In this document: positions 1-9,078 of the stretch, one piece after another
Numbering within the stretch: the stretch's first letter is position 1
How the letters are laid out: every line of letters starts with the position of its first letter
Source: a virus
Length of the DNA stretch: 64,000 nucleotides
Strand: one strand, 5' to 3'
Virus record (IMG/VR): IMGVR_UViG_3300046779_001442
Coordinates: 1-64,000 of that record
Made by a program: the position numbers and the translations under genes
Notes under the pieces: model-generated
The model's input: only the letters and a program-made list of their open reading frames with translations
What the model was told of the DNA's origin: nothing
The model's database searches: none

Positions 1-279
1 AAAATTGGGATAGCTGATATAGGCAATAGTCGCTACAAGGCTCTCAAGACCAAGGGATGGAAAGCAGTAGCCTATTGGCCATTTTCCGAACGGGATAAAG
101 CAAGACACGTAGAATCCCTAGTACTAACTACACTAAGAATAAAACATGGTCATTATCTAACTAAAGAACAAATGCCCTATGGTGGATACACTGAGACATT
201 TGATGCTAGTAAAGTAAGTAAGAGTAGATTGATCCGATTGGTCAACAAAGCCATAAAGCTAGCTAATAAGAGAGACTAA
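1..279 (+). CDS. 5'-truncated GIY-YIG-like (T5orf172-type) protein
   Basis: Frame 1 is open from base 1: KIGIADIGNSRYKALKTKGW...QMPYGGYTETFDAS...NKRD*, stop TAA at 277-279. The KIGI...G(Y)TETF pattern resembles T5orf172/GIY-YIG domains. Confidence 0.55.
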   Translation, partial: KIGIADIGNSRYKALKTKGWKAVAYWPFSERDKARHVESLVLTTLRIKHGHYLTKEQMPYGGYTETFDASKVSKSRLIRLVNKAIKLANKRD

Positions 280-290
280 ATACCCCTGAA

Positions 291-366
291 TTGTTAGGTT
301 TAGATACCCCAATTTGTTAGGTTTTGTCTTGAGTTGTTAGGTTTGATATCCTGATTTGTTAAGTTT
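291..366 (+). repeat. Four iteron-like direct repeats TTGTTA(G/A)GTTT
   Basis: Copies start near 291, 314, 334 and 356, spaced 20-23 bp (about two helical turns). Confidence 0.75.
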
Positions 367-439
367 ATACACAGAGTTATCCACAGAGTTATACCCAATT
401 TGATATCCAATTTGATAGTTATCCACAGGTTTATCCACA
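365..439 (+). promoter_or_regulatory. DnaA-box cluster (origin-like)
   Basis: TTATACACA 365-373, TTATCCACA 377-385, TTATACCCA 389-397, TTATCCACA 419-427 and 431-439. All are co-oriented, with 12-bp periodicity within each group. Confidence 0.8.
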
Positions 440-1135
440 AGTAGATGTTACTGATTATTTAATCAGATAGGGTTTAAGTGGATGGAAGTGGATGATAGTG
501 GAGAATGGAACGCCATTAATCGTAGGCCATCGTAATCCTACCACAAATTAGCCCAAATGTCAAATCGGACATATCCAAATTGTTACCAAATTGTGACATT
601 TATCATAGTTATCAAATTGTTACATTTGACAAATTGGGATTTGTGTGCTATAAGGGCATAAAAAAATATGTCCAAATTTGGGAAAAATTTATTGTTATCG
701 TAATGTTATTTTATTAAACATTATCCCAATTTGGACAAACTTCAAGAAACAGCTATGTTATTTTACCTATGTGTTTATTGTATATAGTACTAGGGGATTT
801 GGGTATCTTTCGTAATACCCTGGCCCTTGGCCTGGTCCCCTTCGGGGAACGGTAGCACGGTAAATGAGAAGATCTTCTGAAGCCCAGTATACTTAGTAAA
901 GGCATGCCATACAAATAGGGATAGCTCATCTCTATCAGCTTGTTGTCTAGCTGCTGCTTTAGGGTAAGCTACTTGAAAGAAATGATTTCTAGGACTCATA
1001 ATATAATTATACACCAATTTGACAATTTGATAAAGATCTGCTAGAATCTGGAAATTTTTTGATCCTTCGTAATCTGGGAATTTTTTAGGCCCTTCGTAAA
1101 GGAGCTAAAAATTGGCGAGACCTTTTGGGTAAAAG

Positions 1136-1161
1136 AAAAGCCACCCGAAGGTGGCTATTTC
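1136..1161. terminator. Intrinsic terminator closing the minus-strand arm
   Basis: Hairpin AGCCAC-CCGAAG-GTGGCT with flanking A/T runs, just past the last minus-strand stop at 1170. Confidence 0.7.
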
Positions 1162-1169
1162 AAATTAGA

Positions 1170-1586
1170 TTATTTGGGACAATCGGAATAGGGGAAGTAT
1201 TCCTTTTCTTCGCAGGTACAGAATCCAAATTCTGATACCTGAGTTTCGTGTGTTAGGTCTGCTAGGTCTGACCAGTAATATACCTTATCCATTTATCTTT
1301 CCTAATACTATCTCATATGCATCAATGGCTCCCTCAAGATAATCATTAAGACTATCATTGATATCTAGACCTTCCATCTCTGCCCTTAGTTCTTCGATTC
1401 GTTCTTTCAAAAAGCTTTCCATTATGCTCCTACCTTCCATTCCATAGTAGCAAATATAGTGTCCATTGTCAAGTGTAGGCTGCAGTCACAATCTCCACCA
1501 TTCATATTCTCCATGAACTCGAAGTGTGATAGGTTATCTTCATATATCTTAGTTACTAGTTCATCTACTGTGTAAGGGGTTGTCAT
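1170..1586 (-). CDS. Three coupled small hypothetical proteins (1170-1292, 1285-1422, 1422-1586)
   Basis: Manually translated ORFs (MDKVYYWSDL..., MESFLKERIE..., MTTPYTVDEL...) with overlapping start/stop junctions. Confidence 0.65.
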
Positions 1587-1594
1587 AGTTTCTC

Positions 1595-1798
1595 CTAACT
1601 ATTGGCCATTAACCATTCTACATCAATTTCATCATCATAGCAACCGCAACACTCTGTGCAGATAATCTCATTATCCTTGCTGCAGTTAGGACACATGTAT
1701 TCTGACATATTCATCTCAGGTTCCTTGCAGAACTCACAGATCGTTTGCTGCAGTTCTTCGAAGGTATAGTCTCTTAGGTGCTTATCTGCCTTGAACAT
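1595..1798 (-). CDS. Small Cys-rich (Zn-binding) hypothetical protein
   Basis: Several CxxC motifs (CEFC, CPNC, CTECCGC). The likely start is ATG at 1798, overlapping the upstream gene. Confidence 0.65.
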   Translation of the reverse strand: MFKADKHLRDYTFEELQQTICEFCKEPEMNMSEYMCPNCSKDNEIICTECCGCYDDEIDVEWLMANS

Positions 1799-2132
1799 AT
1801 GTTCTACCCTTGCCTTCTGTCCATTTTGAAATCTCTTCATCATCCATGTCTGAGATATCAATCATTAAACTATTATTGAACATCCAGTCTCTTACTTCTT
1901 CGTAGAGTTGCTCTGTACCATACTCAAGGGTAAAACCAGGGGTATTGGTGATAAGGGCATCCCATACAATATCTGATGTACGAATATATAGTTCTTCATC
2001 TGTATAGAAGGTATTAATAACATCCCATACCCATAGCCATACAAGGCTAGGGAATAGGACATCATTTAGATTATGTAGTTTATCAATGATAGAGTCTAGT
2101 TCATCTCTATGTTCTAATGTAGGGGTTGTCAT
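1782..2132 (-). CDS. Hypothetical protein
   Basis: 116-aa acidic ORF in a tightly packed minus-strand operon. Confidence 0.75.
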   Translation of the reverse strand: MTTPTLEHRDELDSIIDKLHNLNDVLFPSLVWLWVWDVINTFYTDEELYIRTSDIVWDALITNTPGFTLEYGTEQLYEEVRDWMFNNSLMIDISDMDDEEISKWTEGKGRTYVQGR

Positions 2133-2141
2133 ATCTCTATT

Positions 2142-2417
2142 CTACTCTCTGTCTAGGATTTCGTCAAGTGTTGTAAAGCCTGTGTCTTCAATGCCTACCC
2201 CTGCCAATAGCAGGTCAAATGTTTCGTTGATGAATGCCTTTGCCTGGTCTGACTTAGCCTCTACAACTCCACTATCTACCAAATAGGCAAGCGGTAGTCC
2301 TAGGTCATTGTATTCAATAAAATCATCAAACATCTCTTCGTCCCTATAGTTAAGCCAAACATCAGCAAGAATGCTTGTCTTATCTTGAAACTCTGTAGTT
2401 GATTGTTGTGAATCCAT
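2142..2417 (-). CDS. Hypothetical protein
   Basis: 91-aa ORF with upstream GAAAGGA RBS. Confidence 0.75.
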   Translation of the reverse strand: MDSQQSTTEFQDKTSILADVWLNYRDEEMFDDFIEYNDLGLPLAYLVDSGVVEAKSDQAKAFINETFDLLLAGVGIEDTGFTTLDEILDRE

Positions 2418-2595
2418 TTTCGTTCCTTTCCTCTTGGGCTGACTCTGTCATTACTTCTAATCTATGAAATGTTGTGCTAGGTCTCATTCGTGCTAGATAA
2501 ATACCAACACGCTCAATGTCTAGTCGTAGGTCACAAATCATACTAGAAATCTTCAGAGCAACCTTCTCTTCGTCTGTCATTCCTTTGTATCTCAT
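2380..2595 (-). CDS. Hypothetical protein
   Basis: 71-aa ORF with GAGG RBS and an upstream TGCTATAAT -10 element. Confidence 0.7.
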   Translation of the reverse strand: MRYKGMTDEEKVALKISSMICDLRLDIERVGIYLARMRPSTTFHRLEVMTESAQEERNENGFTTINYRVSR

Positions 2596-2734
2596 AGTTA
2601 TACCTCACAGTTCATTATAGCAAAATTAAGGGAGGAGGGCAAGTAGTGAAAGTAGGAAATTTCTACCTGCCCCCCTCCTGGTGGTACAGCCGTCAACCCC
2701 TTAACAGCTGTACGATCCTAGGAGCTAAGCTCAA

Positions 2735-3133
2735 CTAGGAAGCTTTCGTGTACCATACCATAGGAGGTCCTACTGGATTCTGTTCACGTACGTCGATAAG
2801 ACTATTAAGCCAATCAAGAATAGATTGTGGGCATGCCTTAGCTTCTTCTAGGAATGCATCCACACCTGTCCAGAAGTCAGTCCCATACTCTTCGATAGGG
2901 AAGTCTGGAGCAATAGCTCTAGTCTCTGCTAGCGTAAGTTTCTTGATATCACCTTCATATGTGCGTGAGCCAAGATGGTCATTAATATAAAGATATACCT
3001 GCATAGTTAGTTGTTCATCCCACGTGGTACCCAGCTCTTCATCCCATTGCTCAGCATAGAAAATGTTAAGGTCATAGGCCTTAGTCTCTTCGTAGGTAAA
3101 CTTACTTGACGATGTCTGCATTGTCTTCTCCAT
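2735..3133 (-). CDS. Hypothetical protein
   Basis: 132-aa ORF overlapping the upstream gene. Confidence 0.7.
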   Translation of the reverse strand: MEKTMQTSSSKFTYEETKAYDLNIFYAEQWDEELGTTWDEQLTMQVYLYINDHLGSRTYEGDIKKLTLAETRAIAPDFPIEEYGTDFWTGVDAFLEEAKACPQSILDWLNSLIDVREQNPVGPPMVWYTKAS

Positions 3134-3521
3134 AAATCTGCTTAAGGGCCTCTACTGTATCACAATCAATATCAACTAATCCTTCTTCACATTCTGTGCA
3201 TTCAGGATTGTACTCTCCATCTTCAGTCTCATCTTGGCAGTCACAAGGACGGTAACACCAAGTAGGGACCTCTGTGTATTCATCTTCCCAAGGGTTCTCA
3301 GTAATGTAATAATGAATACGATTTACCCAGTGTAGGCCTGCTACGATATATGTGCCCTCGTCACCATCTACCTCTGTCCAGATGTGCTTTGAGTCCTGAG
3401 TCTTGACAAACTCATACTCTGCATCATATGTCTCAAAAGTCAATTGGTCATACTTAACTAGATGATTTTTGATTGGTTTAAATGTCTCTTCCCACGCACT
3501 GTAGGTATAAAACTTAGACAT
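3102..3521 (-). CDS. Hypothetical protein with Cys-rich C-terminus
   Basis: 139-aa ORF containing CDC...CTEC. Confidence 0.75.
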   Translation of the reverse strand: MSKFYTYSAWEETFKPIKNHLVKYDQLTFETYDAEYEFVKTQDSKHIWTEVDGDEGTYIVAGLHWVNRIHYYITENPWEDEYTEVPTWCYRPCDCQDETEDGEYNPECTECEEGLVDIDCDTVEALKQIYGEDNADIVK

Positions 3522-3883
3522 GTAGGGTTACCTTCTTTCCATACTCTCTGATTACGTCTTCGAACTTGTCTCCCTCAAGCTCTCCAACTTCTTCCATAAT
3601 AGCATCAAACTCACCCTGTGTCAAATCATTGGTATCCAGAATAAAAAGAGGGGAATCAGAGGTGTGCTCCCACCAATCACCATTAACATTAGAAATATAC
3701 TTAGTCATTGTCCTCCTCCTCATCTTGATTCTCAAACTCTTCAACATCGATACTGTCAACACCGTCATACATCATGTCGTCCCAGTTCCAACCAAACTCT
3801 TCAGCCTGTTTTGCATTTTCAAATTCGTCATCATCACTCTCGTAGGTGAATGTGACAGTCGTCTTGATATAGTGTCTAGCCAT
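3514..3883 (-). CDS. Two small acidic hypothetical proteins (3514-~3708 and 3701-3883)
   Basis: MTKYISNVNG... (GGAGG RBS) and MARHYIKTTV...; both are coupled within the operon. Confidence 0.65.
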
Positions 3884-3901
3884 TTATTTATCCTATCTTT
3901 C

Positions 3902-4438
3902 TTAGTAGTGGAAATCCACTGGAACAAGATACCATTTTTTAGAACCTTTGTCAAGTTCTTCTAGCATATATGTCGGGGTAGCGGAGTAGTTCTCCAAATC
4001 ATAGAAGTATGAATCTTGATTCCAATAGCCATTTATCATAGAGGCAGCAGACCTAGCATAATATGCTGTCATATCAAATCTACCCTCATCTGGTAGGTTG
4101 CCATTGGTATCAATAAAACTATCAATAAGACTACTAAACTTATCTAGGTCTAGTCGTTCTTTGATACGCCCCATTTCTTCCTTGCGAGCAGCAAGAGAGC
4201 CTTGAAGAGTTTCCATAAACTTATCAGGATTACTAGAGTGTGAAACCACATCGTTGTGATTATCTTGGTATTGATTAGAAGGATTGCTGTTCCAACGACC
4301 ACCACCAACAACATACCAATCAGACCAGCCACCTAGTCCCTCACTTTCGGAATACATGGATTCAAACTTATCTTTTACTTTATCAAAAGCCTCTTCTACT
4401 GAATCAGCCTTTATTGCTATTTGCTGTAATACGTGCAT
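3902..4438 (-). CDS. Hypothetical protein (WSDWYVVGGGRW ... VDFHY family)
   Basis: 178 aa with a DW-x-x-x-GG-RW motif and C-terminal VDFH, a pattern seen in phage hypothetical proteins. It has its own promoter. Confidence 0.8.
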   Translation of the reverse strand: MHVLQQIAIKADSVEEAFDKVKDKFESMYSESEGLGGWSDWYVVGGGRWNSNPSNQYQDNHNDVVSHSSNPDKFMETLQGSLAARKEEMGRIKERLDLDKFSSLIDSFIDTNGNLPDEGRFDMTAYYARSAASMINGYWNQDSYFYDLENYSATPTYMLEELDKGSKKWYLVPVDFHY

Positions 4439-4684
4439 TTGGGGTTGCCTTTCTACTTTGATACCTCAATTTTACATGCTGCCACTGACATTTGTCAAAT
4501 TGGGAAAACAATCAGCGTGTCGTAATTCTTTTTATATTATTAGTTATATAAGCTCAGATCCAGAATTTGGGGAAAAAGTTATACAAACGTAATAAAAAAA
4601 TATTTGACAAATAGTATAATTTGGGGGCTCGCCCCATTTTTGACATTTTGTCAAGTCAGCTTTTATAACGATCCCACTACGGGG

Positions 4685-4712
4685 AGGCAGTTTTACATGT
4701 TGCCCAGCATGT
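4685..4712 (-). ncRNA. 3'-UTR H-type pseudoknot motif, copy A
   Basis: Minus strand ACATG-CTGGGCAA-CATGT-AAAAC-TGCCT. S1 is ACATG/CATGT and S2 is GGGCA/TGCCT. Confidence 0.65.
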
Positions 4713-4716
4713 TTTG

Positions 4717-5730
4717 TTATGCGTTAGCCATTACGCCTTGCACAACTTTTAGCAGACGATTCTTTTCTGCATTTATCATTGGGTCAAATCCACTTGCACT
4801 TGCAAGAATAGATTCGTTAGAACCGCCACGTGCAGAGCGATACCAATCCAAACGCTCAGTTAGAGCATTGAAAGCACCCCAAGCAGTGCCAGCAATCATG
4901 CCATTGTAAGTGCCAGTGTAGATGTCGTTGATAACATCAACCTTGTTTTCCCACTTCTTGACAGCACCCTTAGTGTCCTTGTCAGGCTTAGGGTATGCAG
5001 ACAGAATGATGTCGTTGAATTGCTTAGCAGTGACTTCTTGCGAAATCATGGCGTGTGCCATCTTGTCGAATTCGTCCATGTATTTGTTAGCAAGACCAAG
5101 AGTCTCACGTGCAACCGCAATCTTACCTTCTGCAGTTTGCGTGTGGCGAATCTTGAAAGACTGTTTTGGTCCCTTGCCACGTGCCCCAAGAGCAAGATTC
5201 AAAGTGTTAGCACATACAACACGAACAGGTGTAATGCTTGCTTGAATTGCAATCGAACCATCGTGAGAGGTGTTGATTAGAAGATAAGTCTTTACCTTAT
5301 CTGATACGCCGTTAGGGTCAAGAACTGTTTCACGCTCAAGAGCCATGCTACCAAAGACAACACGTCCGCCCTTGATAGAACCAGCAGTTTCCCAACGTCC
5401 GCCACCGTCCAAGATGTTGTCACCGAATGAGAACAAATCTTCATTCTGCAAAACCTTGTAACGCTCACCAACAACGCCAAGAACGTCATTCTGAGACTTC
5501 TCGAATGGGTTAGTGCGAGTAACAAAGAAATAATTCTTGTCACTTGCAAATGAATCAGGAATAGAAACGTCCTCAAGACGAACATTCCAGTTGTCAAGGT
5601 GTGCCTTCTGCAACATCTCTGCAGTAGTAACTTCCTCAGTGAAAACTTCACCAAGGCCATGCCATGCAGGCTCACGAAGAGAAGCGAAAGCAGTTTCGCC
5701 GTTTGCACCTTGTTCTAGTAGATGGGCCAT
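4717..5730 (-). CDS. DUF932 / phage-plasmid-like protein (TIGR03299-type)
   Basis: MAH start, AWHGLG, Y-x-VLQNED, ETAGSIKGGRVVF, YLLINTSHDGS, TPVRVVCANTL, IRHT and GTAWGAFNA motifs. Confidence 0.9.
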   Translation of the reverse strand: MAHLLEQGANGETAFASLREPAWHGLGEVFTEEVTTAEMLQKAHLDNWNVRLEDVSIPDSFASDKNYFFVTRTNPFEKSQNDVLGVVGERYKVLQNEDLFSFGDNILDGGGRWETAGSIKGGRVVFGSMALERETVLDPNGVSDKVKTYLLINTSHDGSIAIQASITPVRVVCANTLNLALGARGKGPKQSFKIRHTQTAEGKIAVARETLGLANKYMDEFDKMAHAMISQEVTAKQFNDIILSAYPKPDKDTKGAVKKWENKVDVINDIYTGTYNGMIAGTAWGAFNALTERLDWYRSARGGSNESILASASGFDPMINAEKNRLLKVVQGVMANA

Positions 5731-5844
5731 GTTGTATCCTTTCGTAGGGGTTTTTCTGTTACTACTATTTTACATCTAGGGTCTGACAATGTCAAGTTAT
5801 ATTGGCAAAAATTTTGGGCGTGTCGTAACGTTTTCGTAACAAAG

Positions 5845-5865
5845 TTATCCACAAAGTTATCCACA
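5845..5865 (+). promoter_or_regulatory. Tandem perfect DnaA boxes
   Basis: TTATCCACA at 5845-5853 and 5857-5865, abutting a GGGGGCTCGCCC site. Another box (TGTGGATAA) lies at 7006-7014. Confidence 0.75.
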
Positions 5866-5898
5866 GGGGGCTCGCCCAGATCGCCAGGGAATGAGGAG

Positions 5899-5928
5899 TG
5901 AGCAGTTTACATGGACGTGCTCAGGTCC
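5899..5928 (-). ncRNA. 3'-UTR pseudoknot motif, copy B
   Basis: GGAC-CTGAGCAC-GTCC-ATGTAAAC-TGCTCA. Confidence 0.7.
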
Positions 5929-5972
5929 CTTAGCATGCAGGCAGAAAGAAAGGATAAAACCTGCAGTACCTC

Positions 5973-6170
5973 TTACTCTACGTTAACCCATTTCATTGCG
6001 GTACGTAGAAGATTGTCATAGTCTCCAGACATAGACTCAGTCATATACTCCTGAATCTCATCCTGAGTTGCTCCACCTTTGCGAAGAGCCTTAGATACAG
6101 CTCCCATGATAGAGAATGCATTACCGTCGTTGCCAGTTAGCTTTACAGTGATTGTTTGATACTTGCTCAT
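5973..6170 (-). CDS. Conserved small phage protein (GxDGNAFSIMG family)
   Basis: LTGNDGNAFSIMGAVSKALRK...SGDYDNLL, a recurrent small phage protein pattern. Confidence 0.8.
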   Translation of the reverse strand: MSKYQTITVKLTGNDGNAFSIMGAVSKALRKGGATQDEIQEYMTESMSGDYDNLLRTAMKWVNVE

Positions 6171-6361
6171 TAGATTATCTCCGTTAGGGTTTCATTGTAT
6201 TCTACATCGCTAGGGTTAGAGAAATCAAATCCTTTACCCTCATAGTCTGCCTCATCTTCAAATCCCTGAAGGACAAAGAACTTAGCAAATGCCTCATCTT
6301 CACTAGTGGCCATAACGCTGTATGACTCACCTGTTAGGATTGTATAGTGTTGCTTTTCCAT
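6170..6361 (-). CDS. Hypothetical protein
   Basis: 63 aa, with TAATG coupling at both ends. Confidence 0.7.
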   Translation of the reverse strand: MEKQHYTILTGESYSVMATSEDEAFAKFFVLQGFEDEADYEGKGFDFSNPSDVEYNETLTEII

Positions 6362-6882
6362 TATGCCATTACCTCTTCCTTTGAGAACTCATTCAAGTAT
6401 AGTTCGGGGGTAGGTAATTTGTCAAGAGCAAACACAACCCTTCTTCCACCATACTGTGAGACAAATAGTCTAGTTTGGAAGTCAATTGTATAGATACCCT
6501 CACACATCAAATCATCTTCAATGAAGTCAATTTGGTTAGATAGGGGCACACGACCAGTTGAATAGGTTACCACCTTGAGAATGTCTGAACCTGTATTTCT
6601 AGTTAGACTAGGATACATTACAGAAAACTTATCGCTGTTATCAATTGTCATCATACCGTCAGGGGTAACGAATGGCTTGTACATCTCTTCCAACTCTGAT
6701 TCAGTAGAGAAGTAGCATTTGAATAGTGCCTTCTCAAGTTGCTCAACAATGTTGTGTCCTGAAGTCAAAAATGATAGAATGTTTAGACCCTGTCCATCTG
6801 GATAGTGGTCCCATTGGCCATACTGTGCGACAACAGTCTTACCAGTTGAATCGATTACCTGTGTGATACCTCTTGTACCCAT
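6361..6882 (-). CDS. Hypothetical protein (MGTRG...QYGQWDxYP family)
   Basis: The N-terminus MGTRG...AQYGQWDHYPDGQG is typical of a widespread phage hypothetical family. It has an RBS and its own promoter. Confidence 0.8.
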   Translation of the reverse strand: MGTRGITQVIDSTGKTVVAQYGQWDHYPDGQGLNILSFLTSGHNIVEQLEKALFKCYFSTESELEEMYKPFVTPDGMMTIDNSDKFSVMYPSLTRNTGSDILKVVTYSTGRVPLSNQIDFIEDDLMCEGIYTIDFQTRLFVSQYGGRRVVFALDKLPTPELYLNEFSKEEVMA

Positions 6883-7036
6883 TTCTTTCCTTCTTTCTTT
6901 TGATACCTATAATTATACATATAGGGTCTGACAAATGCAAATCCAAATCGGCGTGTCGTAAGCCTTTTCTTAATTTGTTACCAAAATGTTACCTGGGGCT
7001 CGCCCTGTGGATAACTTTCGATCAGCTGTGGAAAGT

Positions 7037-7064
7037 TGAGCAGTTTAGACACTTGCTCAGGTGC
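7037..7064 (-). ncRNA. 3'-UTR pseudoknot motif, copy C
   Basis: GCAC-CTGAGCAA-GTGT-CTAAAC-TGCTCA. Confidence 0.7.
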
Positions 7065-7070
7065 TTCCCG

Positions 7071-7250
7071 TTACTTCCCAACAAGGAAGAAACTTGATGC
7101 TGACTTTCGCTTCTGCTTTACGGGAATGTTCTTGGTCTGATTGGTAGCACCAATAAACTTTCCATCTGCCGTGCGAACAACAGCCTTGTAGATTTCACCA
7201 GACTTGGTGTTCCACTTCTCAGTTGCGATTACAATCTTCTTTCGTGCCAT
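7071..7250 (-). CDS. Small basic hypothetical protein (59 aa)
   Basis: MARKKIVIATEKWNTKSGEIYKAVVRTADGKFIGATNQTKN...; AAGGA RBS. Confidence 0.75.
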   Translation of the reverse strand: MARKKIVIATEKWNTKSGEIYKAVVRTADGKFIGATNQTKNIPVKQKRKSASSFFLVGK

Positions 7251-7284
7251 TTCTTTTTCCTTTTCTTTGTTGGGTTTATTAGGG

Positions 7285-7315
7285 TGAGCAGTTTAGCATT
7301 GACTTGCTCAGGTCA
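7285..7315 (-). ncRNA. 3'-UTR pseudoknot motif, copy D
   Basis: TGAC-CTGAGCAA-GTCA-ATGCTAAAC-TGCTCA. Confidence 0.7.
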
Positions 7316-7324
7316 GGTTTCTCT

Positions 7325-7771
7325 TTAGAGAAGTTCCATTACGGAGTTGTAGGTAGAAGCATTTACTTCTTCCTGCTGTGTCATCTTTAGAACCTTTAGG
7401 TTCTTCTTTAGCAAGTCCAACTTAGTGGTGTAGTCCCTACCAAAGTAAGTCTTCTCATTTGGTCGCTGTGGCTCTTCAGGTCGCTTAGGGAAACCAAGTG
7501 CCTCAGTATCAAACTCAACAGACACGCCATTGTAGCGGTAGTTGCCTGTTACACGAACAAGTGAGCCGTTCTCAGTTCCAATGTTGCTTGGGTCAGATAG
7601 TGCCTTGATAGCGTGAGCAATAACATCTTTCTCATACTGCTTTACATCAAGTTCATACTGCTTGCGAAGTCCAGAGTAGTTCTCAATGTCCTGCTCTACC
7701 TTTGCGATTTGTGCCTCAACCTCTGCGATTAGTGAAGCGGTTGGGATTTTGACGGATAGCGATTTTGCCAT
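7325..7771 (-). CDS. Hypothetical coiled-coil protein
   Basis: 148-aa ORF with GAAGGA RBS. Confidence 0.8.
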   Translation of the reverse strand: MAKSLSVKIPTASLIAEVEAQIAKVEQDIENYSGLRKQYELDVKQYEKDVIAHAIKALSDPSNIGTENGSLVRVTGNYRYNGVSVEFDTEALGFPKRPEEPQRPNEKTYFGRDYTTKLDLLKKNLKVLKMTQQEEVNASTYNSVMELL

Positions 7772-7842
7772 TATTTCTTCCTTCTTTCTTTGGGGTTGTA
7801 TCTATTATGCCATTGGGGTCTGACATTTTACACCTTGTGGTG

Positions 7843-7868
7843 GGGTAGTTTATAGTGATACCCAGCAC
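7843..7868 (-). ncRNA. 3'-UTR pseudoknot motif, copy E
   Basis: GTG-CTGGGTAT-CAC-TATAAAC-TACCC. S2 is GGGTA/TACCC, compensatory relative to the other copies. Confidence 0.65.
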
Positions 7869-7875
7869 ATTTTGG

Positions 7876-8028
7876 TTACGCCTTGTAGGTAGTCCAGCGT
7901 GGCTGTCCATTTACATTGAGGCGAACACGCACCGAGCCAGATGCGTTAGGAACAATCTCCTCGATAGTTCCAGTAACCTTGCTCTTTAGAGTAGTGAATA
8001 CATCACCAATCTTGTAAGTTGCGGTCAT
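7876..8028 (-). CDS. Small beta-rich (SH3/KOW-like) hypothetical protein (50 aa)
   Basis: MTATYKIGDVFTTLKSKVTGTIEEIVPNASGSVRVRLNVNGQPRWTTYKA; AAGGGA RBS. Confidence 0.7.
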   Translation of the reverse strand: MTATYKIGDVFTTLKSKVTGTIEEIVPNASGSVRVRLNVNGQPRWTTYKA

Positions 8029-8330
8029 TTTGCTTCCCTTCTATTCATTGTTTTATACCAACTTTTGTTGATAATACTATTGTAGTGGATACCTCTGACA
8101 TTTGTCAAGTCTATTTGATAACATTTTGGTAACAACTATTTACTTTTTGTCTGCTGATTTCCAACTACTATAAGTATGCCACAAGCCACCGACAAAAGCA
8201 AATCCGACACGCCGAAAAATCTGGGAAATTTATAACGAAATCATAACGACACACCGTAATTTGACAAATCTATAAAAATGGGCTCGCCCATGATCGTGCC
8301 AGTTGTCAAGCTGACACGCCATGAGTTTAT

Positions 8331-9047
8331 TTATTTTTTAGTTGCACTGAACAGAATGTCATTGCGATTAAACACACATTGCGAACAGGTAACACAGGCA
8401 CTGCCACTTTCACTAATAAGTTTAATTTTCTTAGCATTTTCGGGGCATGGCACTGCAGACTTTTCTTGAATGTTAGCAAAATCTAACTTACCTTCTGCAA
8501 AAGTCTTAGCAAGGTATGCAAGTTTTACATCATGCTTTTTCTTGAGTTGAATACCTAGTGAGCGGTTAGCACTATCAGTACTAAAATAAAGTGATAGGTT
8601 AGCAATTCCCATTAGCGGTTCAACAGCGAATTCTGAACGGGTATAAGCCCAGAATTGAGTATCTGCATGCTTTAGGATTACATCCTTCCATGCTAATACA
8701 TAAGTCTCATTAAAGAAATCACCATCCCAGTGCAAGCGGAATAGTTTTTCTGCATTACGCTTATCGCAATCCTTCTTGAATGAAACGATCATCTCATCCA
8801 ATAGGTTATACATGGTAAGGTAATCAGCGTCTTTTAGTTGTTCCCAATTTGTGAGCAACACATTTTTTACGCCTTTATAGACTTTTTCGAGCTTTCCTGC
8901 ATAGCATACGCTTTCACATACAGTGGTTGCACCAGGGCACGAGTAAGCCTTTCCACTAGGTAGTCCAAAAGTGTTGGCGATAGTTGGGGTTTTTCCGTTA
9001 GGTGAGACTGCATTAGTTACTTTCCTATCTTTCGAACGAATAAGCAT
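8331..9047 (-). CDS. GP88-family (radical-SAM-like Fe-S) protein
   Basis: FGLPSG-x-SCPGAT-x-C-x3-CYA, FRLHWDGDF, FWAYTRS, NLSLYFS-x-D and C-terminal CP...ACVTCSQC motifs. Confidence 0.8.
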   Translation of the reverse strand: MLIRSKDRKVTNAVSPNGKTPTIANTFGLPSGKAYSCPGATTVCESVCYAGKLEKVYKGVKNVLLTNWEQLKDADYLTMYNLLDEMIVSFKKDCDKRNAEKLFRLHWDGDFFNETYVLAWKDVILKHADTQFWAYTRSEFAVEPLMGIANLSLYFSTDSANRSLGIQLKKKHDVKLAYLAKTFAEGKLDFANIQEKSAVPCPENAKKIKLISESGSACVTCSQCVFNRNDILFSATKK

Positions 9048-9078
9048 AGGGGTTCCTTTCTTTCTTTAAACTATTTTA

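Noticed and set aside
790-1017. 75-aa minus-strand ORF
   Set aside because: It lies beyond the terminator of the minus-strand arm, next to the origin-like region, and has no recognisable motif or clear RBS, so coding status is unsupported.
4604-4620. TTGACA...TATAAT as a plus-strand promoter
   Set aside because: The spacer is only 5 bp, which is not valid sigma70-type geometry.
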